From: Octopus vulgaris
Taxonomy: Eukaryota
Reading direction: 5' to 3'
DNA length: 64,000 nt
Assembly: GCA_951406725.2 (NCBI GenBank)
Contig: OX597827.1
Coordinates: 49,724,001-49,788,000, forward strand
Below, piece by piece: positions 38,218-50,565 of the stretch (the first letter of the stretch is position 1; each line of letters starts with the position of its first letter). Both the position numbers and the translations under genes were made by a program. The notes beneath the pieces are model-generated. The model had not been told where the DNA came from. It saw only the letters and a list, made by a program, of their open reading frames with translations, and did not search any database.

Positions 38218-38690
38218 TCTAGCATTATGACCCGGCGTTGTCAGGTCTAGTGCTAATCAAGCATATTTGGTCTTTCATGAAAATCCTGCTCTCTTGTCAT
38301 TCACTTGGTCTATCTCGTTAATTATTCCCTGTATTTCTCTAATCAAAAAAGCGCGCACGTTTGAAAGCCAAAAAGGTGTGATACATAACAAAGGGAGGGA
38401 AATGCAGAGTTTTAAAGAGTTATTTCCCTTGCTATGGTTTAATATCTTGAGATTAAACTTCTGGAGTTACGTCCCTTGTAGTAAAGACTTGTTACCTGAA
38501 ACATAAGGGGTCGGTTTATCGATTTTTTTTAAATAGCTTTCAGGGGTAACTGGGGAAATGAAAAGATCTTCACAACCACCCTTGAACAGTTTTGAATGAC
38601 TATAGAAAGTGCGAGCCCTCTAACTGAAAACTGTGGATTTGTATAAAGGATACACACACACAGAGACATTTTGCCGTTTATATATATTTA
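38218..38690 (-). mobile_element. Non-autonomous Helitron between TA arrays
   Basis: Minus-strand 3' end gacctgacaacgccgggtc...gCTAG, like 32461-32488. The 5' end is tatatataaacggcaaaatgtctctgtgtg. Confidence 0.7.
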
Positions 38691-39144
38691 TATATATATA
38701 TATTCCCCTTCCTTTCTTTCCCTCTCCATCCGTCTTTCCCCCCCCCCCCTTCTACGTTTCTCTATCTCTCTCACCTCCAGTCCCCTCGATCTGTCTCTCT
38801 CTTCTCCTCCCTCGTCCACCTTCTCTCTCTTTTCATCTGTCCCTTTCTCCTGTCTTTTGTTCTCACGTGACCGCTAGCCACTGCTGAGCGCTCTTTTCGT
38901 TCCAGCAGTCGCCGAAGCAACACGTATTTGTTCGTCTCCCTGCGGCCATTAGGCACAACTTCATAAGCCAGCCCTAAACTCAACTCGTCCTGTCGAAAGA
39001 CCCTTGTCCTATGTCCTGGTTTTGTTTTGTTTTTTATTTTTACCGTTATTGTTTTTACGTTTTTGTATTCTTATTGGTGTCACGTATTCTGTATTTTTGT
39101 TCGTGTACTTCGTTCGTTTTCCGTCCTCGTGTTGTATACATTCG

Positions 39145-39354
39145 AAGCTTTCTTCCAGGGGATCTAATGCGCTTGGCTTAGATTTCCCTTGGCGGGCTGC
39201 CCAAATCGGAGCAATCTCAAGATTAATCAGCCGAAATTGCTAAGATGATCTGGTTCTTGACTGATGACTGAGGGCTTCGAATGTCCCGTCCTGTGGTTCT
39301 TGTGTCGTCTCTATGGTGTTTCATGTTCTTGTCCATGTCTGTAATTATTTTTAC

Positions 39355-39360
<6 letters not shown>
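39145..39360 (+). repeat. Structured repeat, copy 1, with hammerhead-like core fragments
   Basis: Aligns with 39853-40090. Conserved ggagcaatctc...cagccgaaattgc...gactga.ga. Runs into (TA)n. Confidence 0.7.
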
Positions 39361-39424
<64 letters not shown>

Positions 39425-39716
39425 TGTATGTATGTATGTATGTATGTATGTATGCATGTATGTATGTGCGTGTGTGTATGTATACATATATATATGAATA
39501 TGTATGTATGCATATATGCACATATCCTTTTATCTTATTTCGTTTAATGTATATACATATTTTTAAATAATATTCTTCTCTTATATTCAAGATTTATACA
39601 TTTGAATTATTTCTGTATCTTTATTATACTTATTACTCTTTCGCACCAGTTTCTCAATAATAAAAAAGCTTTTTTATTCACATCCATTTAGATCACTACT
39701 TTATATTTTAGAAAAT

Positions 39717-39748
<32 letters not shown>

Positions 39749-39852
39749 ATCAATTTTCTAACATATAACGTAGTGATGTAAGTTGATGTGAATAAAAAAG
39801 CTTTTTTTGTTATTGAGTGATTGGTACGAAAAAGTAATAAGTATAATACGCT

Positions 39853-40090
39853 GCTTTCTTCCAAGGAATGTAATACTTTTAGCTTATTTTTTCCTCGGGT
39901 TGGCCAGATTGGAGCAATCTCGAGTATAACCAGCCGAAATTGCAAAAATAACTGGAACTCGACTGAGGACAGATACTCCGAATGATGCGTCCTTGTTTTT
40001 CGTGTATCGTCTGTATATTTTTTGTGCCTTTTTTGTTTCATCTAACTATCTGGATGTTTTGCGTTCTTGTCCCATTTTTGTATTTTTTAG
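39853..40090 (+). repeat. Structured repeat, copy 2
   Basis: Diverged direct repeat of 39145-39360. Confidence 0.7.
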
Positions 40091-40140
40091 ATATAAAATA
40101 TAGCGGCGTACGTACACTTTGGTCTCTCTCTCTCTTTCTC

Positions 40141-40199
<59 letters not shown>

Positions 40200-41530
40200 C
40201 GTTGTTAGTGTCGTTCTTGGCACTAAGGCAGTTGCACGCTATTTTGTAGCTGCGAATTAATAACTAAAAGAGCTCAACTGTAAGGTAAGGTTTTTGTTTT
40301 TTGGGTCCAGTGGGGGTTTGTTGTTTGGTGTGTAATATTTTTTCCCAGGCAAGAAGTCCTCACTGGATTCTAGACATTTGTCGGCTTGCAGTTGAGCAAT
40401 ATTGTTTACTTAAGGGGAATTGTTTGGCGGGCGTATCTCGCCGCCAAAAGTTTGAACTGGTTGAACTGCTGACGGACATTTTTGTGAACTGTCTTCGTGT
40501 TCTGAAATCTTCCTGTTTTTGGAGTATGAGTTAGGCCTAGGAGTACTCAAGTGGGCGAAGATTGTGTCTGTTCATCTTTTTTTTTTATTTATTTCTTCCT
40601 TGTCTATTTTTTTTTTGTTTTTCTTCTTTCCTCTTCTATTACATATTTTCCTTCTTTCTCTTTTTATTTTTTCCCTTCATACCTTTGTTTTTTTTCCTTT
40701 CCTATCTATAATTTTTTCCCCTTTTATTTGAATTTTCTGGACTTTTTTTATGAACATGGCTGAGTGTTGTTCTTAGCTGCAAATTATCGACGAAAATAGC
40801 TCAACTGTAGGATAAGACTGATATTACTTTGCTTTGAAATAATTAAGGTCGCCGATAGGAATTGCATCCAGCCGTGCAAAATCGGCCTTAGCGAATTACG
40901 CCCGACCTATATAACCATAGAAAGAGGGACGTAAAACGATGATGATGAAGATGATTTCACACACACACAAACACACACGCACATGTATGTATTTATGTAT
41001 GTATTTAGGTCGTTGTCTATGTATATGCATCTCATTCAATTTTAGTTATCATAATTTTGCGTGTATTCTACGGACGATTTGTTATAATCGTCATGCTTCT
41101 TAAGATAGGCAGAAGAGCGCAGTTTAAACGGGAAGGGTAAATTGACATAGTATTTCACTGGTATATTACTTTATCAAGCCCAGAATGGCAAGGTTTCACT
41201 CGAAACATTAGTCAAAGGGCTTTTATTCTCACACTTTATTCCGGCACTCTACTATGTTTACCATCCACACTTCCAAACACTACCTCCACCACCACCACCA
41301 CCACCACCACCACCGCCACCGCCACCACCGCCACCATCAGTACCACCACGACCACCACCAACACCACCACCACCGCCACCATCAACAACAACAACAATAA
41401 CAATAGTAACATTTATAATGTCATTAGCATCGTAACAGATTGAATAAGTATGTTCACATGTCTGTATAAAATACATGCACACACATATATACATAAATAC
41501 ATACACACACACATATATATACATACATAC

Positions 41531-41687
41531 AGGCGTGGCTGTTAAATAACAAGCTTGTTTCTCAACCACATGGTTCCGGGTTCAGTCCCACAGCGTGGCT
41601 CCTTGGGTGAGTGTCTTCTACTATAGCCTCGGGTTGACCATAGCCTTGTGAGTGAATTTGGTAGACGGAAGCTGAAAGAAGCCGATC

Positions 41688-41690
<3 letters not shown>
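41531..41690 (+). mobile_element. SINE family B 5' half, followed by (TATG)n/(TG)n
   Basis: Head and core match family B. Confidence 0.82.
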
Positions 41691-41718
<28 letters not shown>

Positions 41719-41838
41719 TGTATGTATGTATGTATGTATGTATGTATGTGTGTATGTATGTATGTATGTGTGTATGTATGTATGTATGTATGTATGTATG
41801 TATGTGTGTATGTATGTATGTATGTGTGTATGTATGTA

Positions 41839-41882
<44 letters not shown>

Positions 41883-41894
41883 TGTATGTATGTT

Positions 41895-42781
41895 GCAAAA
41901 GAACACCATGTGTCAGAAGGAATAATCCAAAATGTTGTCCACAAAGACATCAGATGCAAATCGTATGCAATGAGAAAAGGTCAGAAACAGTGAAGGAAAA
42001 TCGCTTAATCAGATCTAAAAAAGACTCCTGAACAAACTTAAAAACCCACCAGAGAAAGATGTCATTTGTTTCTTCTCAGACGAGAAAAACTTTGGTCAAG
42101 ATGAGAAAGTAAACAGAAGAAATGACAGATGGTTATGTACAGATCCTTCGGAAGTTCCAAGAGTAATGCATACAAAATTTCCTGCAACTGTCATGGTTTT
42201 GGGGGTTGTTAGCAATGAAGGACATGTGATGCCTCCTCATTTCTTTCCACAAGGTCTTCGAGTAAACTCTGCTGCCTACATAGATGTTCTGAATACAATG
42301 GTTAAGCCACGAATCGATAATGTACGAAACAGAAGATTTTATGTGTTTCAACAAGACTAGGCACCATCACACAAGGCTACAGCAATGCAGGAATGGATGG
42401 CGGAAAATTTTCCTGATCACACAACTCCCAAAAATTGGGCCTCCTAGCTCCCCAGGTCTCAATCCATTGGACTACTATGTATGGAACGTAGTTGAGAAAG
42501 AGGTTAATGAGCACTCTCATAACACCAAAGAATCTCTAAAAACCTCCATAGTCAGAGTAATGTCCAATATGAACACAGACCACCTGATCCTAGCATGTAG
42601 GCGATTCAGACCTCGCACAGAAGCCATTATTGAGGCTGAAGGAGATTTTATTGAATAAAATGACGAAACAATATGTTTATTCTTAGCCTCAAAACCTTTT
42701 TCAGTAAAAAGGCATTATTGTCTATTTTTAAGCCATTTTTGTGTAAGTATATAACTGTCCTCAAATACGTTATACACCCTG
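41895..42781 (+). mobile_element. Tc1/mariner-superfamily maT (DD37D) transposase pseudogene with right TIR
   Basis: Motifs FFSDEK, VMVLGVVSNEG, FQQD*APSH and PPSSPGLNPLDYYVW. There are 37 residues between the last two Asp after correcting one frameshift. Ends in ...cacCCTG|TA. Confidence 0.85.
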
Positions 42782-43055
42782 TATATGTGAATGCGTATAC
42801 AAATATTTATGCATATATGTTTCTTTATATTAATAATCGATAAAAGTTATAGAGTAACACAAGGGCCAACGCACGAAACTAACTTTGTAACTTCTACTGA
42901 TTATTAATAAAAAGCGTATATATACTCATGGTTTGAGTTCTATGTTTTTGTTTGTATTACCAAACCTATGCACGTATGTATATTTTTCTGTAGGAATGTT
43001 TATTTGTTTATATGTAAGTATGTTAGTCTATCCATATCAAAGGCTATATGTTTAT

Positions 43056-44729
43056 TCAGCCTATAACTGGGTCAAGGTGCCACACTAAATGTGCCGTAAA
43101 CTCAAGGCGATTTCCCATTTTTTTCATACATTTTTTGCATGTGAATGGATCAGCATCATCAGCTGAATGTAAACTGTTATGTAACATGAACATGGCAGAA
43201 TCTTCAAACCAAATATGGCAATGTTCACATCGGGTGCCCGATGACATGTCTGATAATTGTTGCTGCTTGGTAGTGATGTTGATGTCGCTCTTGTTGGAAG
43301 TGTTGCTGTGGTACATGAGATCAAGGTAAGCAGTGGAGATAGGATAAGGTGAGAACTGCAGTCGTGGATCTAAATGTGATGTCATGTAGAATGGCCGGGT
43401 AAATGAAGATGGAACACCGAGGAGGTTACGTGTGTAAGTCATGTTGTGAAGTCCTAGCCCTTTTGACTCCCGTTTGATCAATGCTTTCAGGCTGTCTGAA
43501 CTTCTTTTAAAAGGAGGTGGGCATGGTATGTTACTTCCGGTCACTGCTGGTTGGTAATTGTCGTCACAGGAGACGCTTGGTAGTAAGGACATGTTAAAGT
43601 AGTCTGATACATGTAACCTATTCTTGCGACTGCCCTTGGATAAGCTGGTCATCATCGCTGGGTCAGGCTGGTGGGACAGGGATGATACTTCCATCTTTGG
43701 ACGATTGTTACAATCTAGTTTCTTATTTTCAATTTTGCCAGTATCTCCACGCTCTTTACTTAAATCTTCAGCAATTATTTCTACTTCAAAGGATCTACTA
43801 TCATCATTTACATTAATCTGTTGCTCTTGGTCATGGCCAGGTGACAGTTTCATCTCCACTCTCCGACTTGGTTTGTCATTGCTGTCGTGGTCGTCCCTGT
43901 CGTTATCGTTCAAACTTTTACTACCAAAAATTGACTTCAAAGCTTCTATTTCTGTACTATCATTGTTTTTACTGTTGTTGTTGTCATTGCTAGTAAGGTT
44001 GTCATCGTTATCGTCCTTGCTGCTGTTATTGTTATTACTACTCTCTGGTGGTATCTGAGACAGGCAGAACCTTGCACAACCTATCCACTTGCTTCCATGC
44101 AAGTTTGGCTTCTCATTTAAAGTTACTTGTTCTGAATGCAAGCTGCTTCCACTCTTTGGATTTACTATGTCAAGTCTCGGGTCAGCGCTCATGGGATGGA
44201 GAGTGCCTCTGCGTCCTCGTGTCGCCCGGATATTACCTTTAACGTCATGAAGTCTTTTGTGTCGATCCAATTCATCTGAAGTGGGAAAACCTTCTCCACA
44301 ACATCTGCAAAGATGAATCTGATGGATCTCATGTGTGCGCAAGTGAGTGGCCAACAAATGGCAACTAGTAAATCGGGCGTTGCATAAACGGCACATATTT
44401 TTCTGTCGGTTGGGAGAGTGAACCTTCATGTGTTGTTTGAGGTGGTCAGAACGTGTGAACCGTCGTCCACACATGTTGCAAATGTATGGTCTCTCACCGC
44501 TGTGCACTCTAACATGTCGTTGTAATTTGGAAGGTGTACGATATGATTTGTTGCAGATTGCACAGTTCAAAGGTGCATTACCTCGACTGTGTTGTAGAAC
44601 ATGGAGCTGCATGTCTCTCACTGAGGTGAACTGTTTAGCACAATAACGACACATGTAACTGGTAGCCATAGCCATCTGCTGTACAGGGTAACGACTGCTT
44701 GCACTTATTGACGGTACTCGTACACTCAT
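43056..44729 (-). CDS. C2H2 zinc-finger transcription factor, about 557 aa, with 5 N-terminal fingers and a C-terminal Ikaros/Hunchback-type finger pair
   Basis: Only long intact ORF in the window. Seven CxxC...HxxxH motifs and an SGERPY linker. Splice acceptor ttttgtag at 44746-44747 lies 16 nt before the ATG at 44729. The ORF-track extension to 44900 is intronic microsatellite. Confidence 0.93.
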   Translation of the reverse strand: MSVRVPSISASSRYPVQQMAMATSYMCRYCAKQFTSVRDMQLHVLQHSRGNAPLNCAICNKSYRTPSKLQRHVRVHSGERPYICNMCGRRFTRSDHLKQHMKVHSPNRQKNMCRLCNARFTSCHLLATHLRTHEIHQIHLCRCCGEGFPTSDELDRHKRLHDVKGNIRATRGRRGTLHPMSADPRLDIVNPKSGSSLHSEQVTLNEKPNLHGSKWIGCARFCLSQIPPESSNNNNSSKDDNDDNLTSNDNNNSKNNDSTEIEALKSIFGSKSLNDNDRDDHDSNDKPSRRVEMKLSPGHDQEQQINVNDDSRSFEVEIIAEDLSKERGDTGKIENKKLDCNNRPKMEVSSLSHQPDPAMMTSLSKGSRKNRLHVSDYFNMSLLPSVSCDDNYQPAVTGSNIPCPPPFKRSSDSLKALIKRESKGLGLHNMTYTRNLLGVPSSFTRPFYMTSHLDPRLQFSPYPISTAYLDLMYHSNTSNKSDINITTKQQQLSDMSSGTRCEHCHIWFEDSAMFMLHNSLHSADDADPFTCKKCMKKMGNRLEFTAHLVWHLDPVIG

Positions 44730-44761
44730 CTCTTGACTCAGGTGCCTACAAAATACAGAAA

Positions 44762-44800
<39 letters not shown>

Positions 44801-45109
44801 ATATATATATATATATATATGTATAAATATTTACATATACGCAAACACATGTATAAACATTACGCATATGTCTAGGGGAAATAACTGAAATTTCAATCAA
44901 TTAAAAATTAATTGAGTGGATATGAAGAGCTGTGAGTTTGATCAAATGTGGATATTTTGTGGGATGTTAGTCTGGTGAAATATGCATATCAGATGATGAG
45001 TTAGTCTGTTCTACTGTGGGTATTAGATAGTGGGATAGCCTGATATAACGTAGGCATCAGATGGGTATCAGTCTCATCTAGTTAATATAAGTATCAGGCT
45101 GATATCTGG

Positions 45110-45362
45110 ACGTTCTGAGTTCAAATTCCGTCGAGGTCGAATTTGCTTTTCATCCTTTCGCAGCCGATGAAATAAGTACCTGTTGAACACTCGATGTAAT
45201 CAATTTATCTCCTCCTCTGAATTTGCTGGCCTTGTGCAAAATTTTAAAAACGCTAAGAGCTGGCAGAATTGTTAGCACGTCGGGAAAAATGCTTAGCGGC
45301 ATTTCGTCCGTCTTTATGAGATCAAATTCCGCTGAGGTTGACTTTGCCTTTCATCCTTTCTG
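45110..45362 (+). mobile_element. Two partial SINE family A-related copies
   Basis: B box and central domain each appear twice. Confidence 0.75.
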
Positions 45363-45364
45363 CC

Positions 45365-46425
45365 ATGCTCAGAAGGAGGCTGTGGCCTGATACAGGAAAA
45401 TAACTAACTACTATAAAATAACAACAGTTGGGCTAGGAAAGTACTTAGAAACAAAGAGTGGAAGACTGCTGCATGTAGTAAAGCAACCCGAGAAAAAAGG
45501 GAGCCCTTTTCTCTATATTCAAAGAGGCGACAAAATACGAAACAGAAACAAACTACACTGACACACTGATCTTAGATAACAACATAACAGAAATGGTTAA
45601 AGAGACAAAAAACAACCTGAAAACAGAATTACAAAAGGTACTGAAGAAGAAATGGAAGAAAAAAAATCACTTCATGGCCAGTACTCTGGAAGGCTTGACA
45701 GAGAAGAAGTAAGCCTAACAATGGCTCAAAACCTCTGGACTAAAAGCTGAAACGGAAGGACTATTTCTCGCTGCACAAGACCAATACCTGAATACAAACA
45801 ATTATAAAAACAAGATAATGAAAATACCAATACCAAATGCCCTATACCAAATGCAGAAAGTGCAAGCAGCACAATGAGACAGTTGACCACATCGTCTCGG
45901 GATGCCCAGTTCTTGCCAAGTCTGAATATATATACAGACACGACAAAATAAGCAGTTATATCCGCTGGACAATATGTCAATATTACAATATTAAGGATGA
46001 CAATAGGTGGTATAAGCATATGCCAAATAAGGTACAAGACAACGACCAGGCCACAATCATCTGGGATAGGCCACTTCAAACCGACAAAGAAATAAAAGTT
46101 AATCGTCCAGACATAATAGTCAAGGATTGGGAAAAAAAAAACACCTGCTTACTGATAGACATTGCAGTCCCTTCTGATCAAAATATTGTCCAAAAAGAAG
46201 TGGAGAAATTGTCAAAGTGCAAAGGCCTCAAAATTGAAGTATTCAAGATGTGGGACATGAAGGCAAAAACAATACCAATAATAATTGGGGTATTGGGCAT
46301 GATAAAAACATATGAACAAAAACGTAGAAGCTATACGTGAATCCTCAACACTACACACTATCTCCAAAATAGTCCTGCTAGGAACAGTCCACATCCTACG
46401 CAAGACACTCTCAATTCAATAGTAC
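45365..46425 (+). mobile_element. R4/Dong-like non-LTR retrotransposon 3' fragment (CCHC finger plus restriction-like endonuclease)
   Basis: CRKCKQHNETVDHIVSGC, YRHDKI, NRPDIIV and LLIDIAVP...EKLSK. Frameshifted. Confidence 0.85.
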
Positions 46426-46754
46426 AACCGAAACAAAACAACCAACAAGCACAAGACGCACTCTATATAGCATCTACCCAGTGAAATAAACTCCCACCAG
46501 CAAACCAAATAACCAATGCATTACACACTCAACACAACACAAGCTGTAACACAACAAAAGACTGCACCACACCTCAAGAGAAAAACAAAAACTAACACAA
46601 TACAATACCGGGAAGAATTTGCATACTCACAACAGCAGAAAAGAACACACAATGCTGCACACACCTTTGCAACACGAAGGGGTGGCAGGTGATGTAGTAG
46701 AAATTTGCCTCAGACTACCAAATGTTAAACAACTATATAAAAATAATAATAATA

Positions 46755-47120
46755 ATCCTTTCTACTATAGGCACAAGGCCTGGATTTTTGTGGGGAGGGA
46801 GACAATCGATCACATCAACCCAGTACTGGACTGGTACTTAATTTATCCACCCTGAAAGGGTGAAAGGCAATGTCGACTCCGGCGGAATTTGAACTCAGAA
46901 AATAGCGGCAGACGAAATACCTATTTCTTTACTACTCACAAGGGGCTAAACACAGAGGGGACAAACGAGGACAGACAAACGGATTAAGTCGATTACATCG
47001 ACCCCAGAGCGTAACTGGTACTTATTTAATCGACCCCGAAAGGATGAAAGGCAAAGTCGACCTCGGCGGAATTTGAACTCAGAACGTAGCGGCAGACGAA
47101 ATACCTATTTCTTTACTATA
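46755..47120 (-). mobile_element. SINE family A tandem array of headless units
   Basis: Repeated junction gcagacgaaatacctatttctttacta at about 46910 and 47092. Confidence 0.85.
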
Positions 47121-48371
47121 TATAGTATATATACCTATTTCTTTACTATAAATAATTTCATTATACATCCATATTTATACAAGACCTCTATATATATGCA
47201 CATTGCTGGTTCTTCGCAGTCTCTCGCTGATACATCAATAACCGTACTATAATTGGCCTTATGTCCGTCCGTCTGTCCGTGACCTTTTCACTGCCAAACG
47301 ACTAGTCACACTTGCACAAAATTGGCAGTCTTACTAAGGACGTCTTGAGAATGGTTTATATCATGTTTAAAAAATAGTAAAATAGTAAAATCGACCTTAG
47401 CGAAAGTCGAACTCAGATCGTAAAACCAGAAGAAATGTCGCTAAGTCTTCCTCACATCCATTCTGCTGTCTTAATAAAAAGAGCATGTTAGATAACATTG
47501 TCTTCGACACATTTTCTTTGACTGAAAAGGGTGTTCACATCTAAAACGCCTGCCCCAGCAAGGATGACACAGGGTTAAACAAGGAAGAACACATTGAATA
47601 GTATTGTGCTATGTACAATGTATGAATATAAAACACGGAATGGTCATGGTTGGAAAGAAACTTGACCGTACTGCTGTCTATTCAGGTCTGATCTGGGGAT
47701 TAGCCAGGAACAAACATGAACGAAAAATAACAAAAAAAAAATTAACGAAGAAAAAAAGAAACAACAAAAATCACTGACTTGGTCTCTATGATCTGGTCAT
47801 CGGTTAGAGAAAACTGAGAAAACATGTTTAAGTCGTATACTTGTAATGGAGACTACAGATCGGTGCTTCTTTCTTCAACACAGGAGAGTTAAGAATGATC
47901 TCTGATCAAAAGGTGGTGAAGAGTTTTGTCTTCATTTTATATATGGGTGTATATGTTGATTGTAAGGATATTGGTATGGTGTTGCTGTGAGTATATATTA
48001 ATGTAGGAGTTTGTCGATATGTATGTGTGTGTGTTGGCATGTTCGTGAAAGAAAGAAGGCTGAGGAATACATGTGTGAATGGATACGCACGTATCCATCC
48101 ATCCATCCATCCATCTAGACATACACATTTACACCCAACCTTACATACATACATACATACATACATACAAACATACATACATACATACATACATACATAC
48201 ATACATACATACATACATACATACATACATACATACATACGTACGTACATGCATGCATAAAGTTATAAACACGAGTGTAGGGATGGTGATGACGATCAGT
48301 GCGTTCTTAAGGAACAAATAGGTGGGGGAAAAGAATGATGCCAAGAGTAAAGACTAAAGTTCAAGCAATGT

Positions 48372-48548
<177 letters not shown>

Positions 48549-48775
48549 TCGACGATGATGACGATAAATATCTGTCTCTCTTCTAACTTAGCATCGAAGA
48601 TCAAGGAGTAGGTGTTTTGTCCATCGGGTAGACTGAGTTCAATTATATGTTCATTGATTACAATGACATTGATACTTCTAAAGTTTTACTAAGCGGACAT
48701 GTTAAACGATGGGTTGGTGTGGTGGATAAATTGTGTATGTGTTATCATAGTTACTGAGATGTGTTGTTTTATATA

Positions 48776-49054
48776 TACTCTTTTACTCTTTTCTTTTTTA
48801 CTTGTTTCAGTCATTTGACTGCGGCCATGCTGGATCACCGCCTTTAATCGAGCAACTCGTCCCCGGGACTTATTCTTTTGTAAGCCCAGTGCTTATTCTA
48901 TCGGTCTATTTTGCCGAACCGCTAAGTAACGGGGACATAAACACACCAGCATCGGTTGTCAAGCAATGCTAGGGGGACAAACACAGACACACAAACACAC
49001 ACACGCATATATATATACATATATACGTCGGGCTTCTTTCAGTTTCCGTCTACC
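48776..49054 (-). mobile_element. SINE family B 3' part
   Basis: Matches the family B tail half. Confidence 0.87.
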
Positions 49055-49464
49055 AGATAAAAGTTGGTCATTGCTTCTACACTTCCAGGTCCAACACCAC
49101 AAAGTGTCGTCACAATTACATTACTAATTACCGCCACCAACATACTTATTTCAACAGGAAGCAGCAGCAGCAACAGCCCTACCCCCAACAACAATAACAA
49201 TAACAACACAAGCCACTCGGTCAAAGGGCAAAGTGATATTTTATATATTCCGTATTGAATAAATGAGGAGGAAAGAGGTAGAAGAAAAGGTTGAGAAGGT
49301 GAAAGAGTTGGGCAGGTGAATGTCAAATCTATTGTGTTAAAGCTAGATGAGATAGAACAAGCAACCTTCATATTTACTCACTGTCCTCACCAAGTGGACT
49401 GTTCATTAAACCCACAAATGGACATACACCATGTCCTAGTTTTAGCCCTTGAAATATATTGATT

Positions 49465-49675
49465 TCAAATTTTGGCACAACGCCAGTAATTTCGGTGAGA
49501 GGGAATAAGTCGATTACATCGATCCCAGTGCTCAACTGGTTCTTATTTTATCGACCCCGAAAGGATGAAAGGCAAAGGTGACTTCGGCGGAATTTGTACT
49601 CAGAACGTAAAGACTGACGAAATGCCGCTAAGTATTTTGCCCAGCGTGCTAACGTTTCTGCCAGTTCGCCGCCTT
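49465..49675 (-). mobile_element. SINE family A-related copy
   Basis: Head, B box and central domain on the minus strand. Confidence 0.82.
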
Positions 49676-49759
49676 CTTAGCCCTCTAAATATATTAATAC
49701 CTAGTTGTGGTTGTTCTTCTTTTAGAAAAAATATTAAGATTATCATTATTGTCAGTTAG

Positions 49760-50250
49760 GCAGGGGTGGGTGGGCAACAAGAACAATTTTCGACTTATAA
49801 TTTTGTTAAACGTAGTTTAAAATTTTGGTTAATGTGTTCGCGAAGAGGTGATAAGGAAAGTGGAAAGTGCAGACCGGTGCGATTCCCGGCAGATTCATCT
49901 TCATGCGTGTTGGGCTTGGATCAGTCATAAGCTATCGATAAAGTCCATTATCAGTACTTGACAGCTATCCGCACTGCAGTCGTTTTCCGGACCCATTTTC
50001 AGAGATCGCATGTTTTGCTGTCAGACTTAATTAGTCATCTATTGATATAATTTGGAATTTCCACTCGATCCATAAAACGCTTCCTTTTTCAGCGCTCCTG
50101 CATGATATTAATCTTGAAGTAATACTGTAGAAGCGTGAGATGCTGAGGGGTATCCCATGCGAACCGTATCGGTATATGTAGACGATGTCACTATGATGGT
50201 GTCGAATAAATCGGAAATCGAGATCGTTGATACCACATTAAAGAAATAAA
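49760..50250 (+). mobile_element. L1/Tx1 reverse transcriptase fragment
   Basis: LDQS*AIDKVHYQYL near 49916 and YVDDVT near 50175. Confidence 0.7.
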
Positions 50251-50254
50251 AGGT

Positions 50255-50565
50255 GATCATCATCATTCATCATTGTTCGACCATGGTCGAGACAATGGAA
50301 CTTACTATGTCACGCCAGACATCACGGTCCAGCATAGCATTGCGGAGATCCTGTTGCTGGATGCTTGTATCCCTGGAGATTACATCAGGATAGGAGAGTG
50401 TGCGCCCTCTGGTATTGCGAGCAGATGGCTTCCAGAGGAGAAGAGTAGAAATTACCTCGTTTTCAGCTCTACAACAATGTCCAGCAAACTGGACTCTTCT
50501 ACCTTTCACAAGAGATGATACAAGTGGTAACTTCCCATATATTTGTACTTTGGTTGGATGGTGTC
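50255..50565 (-). mobile_element. RTE-clade LINE 3' fragment
   Basis: ORF 50270..50509 (RRVQFAGHCCR...LLLWKP...AMLDRDVWR) with a (TGA)-type tail. Confidence 0.78.

Noticed and set aside
44746-44900. N-terminal 52 codons of the 614-aa ORF
   Set aside because: They lie beyond a clear splice acceptor and consist of (TTTA)n/(TA)n intron sequence.
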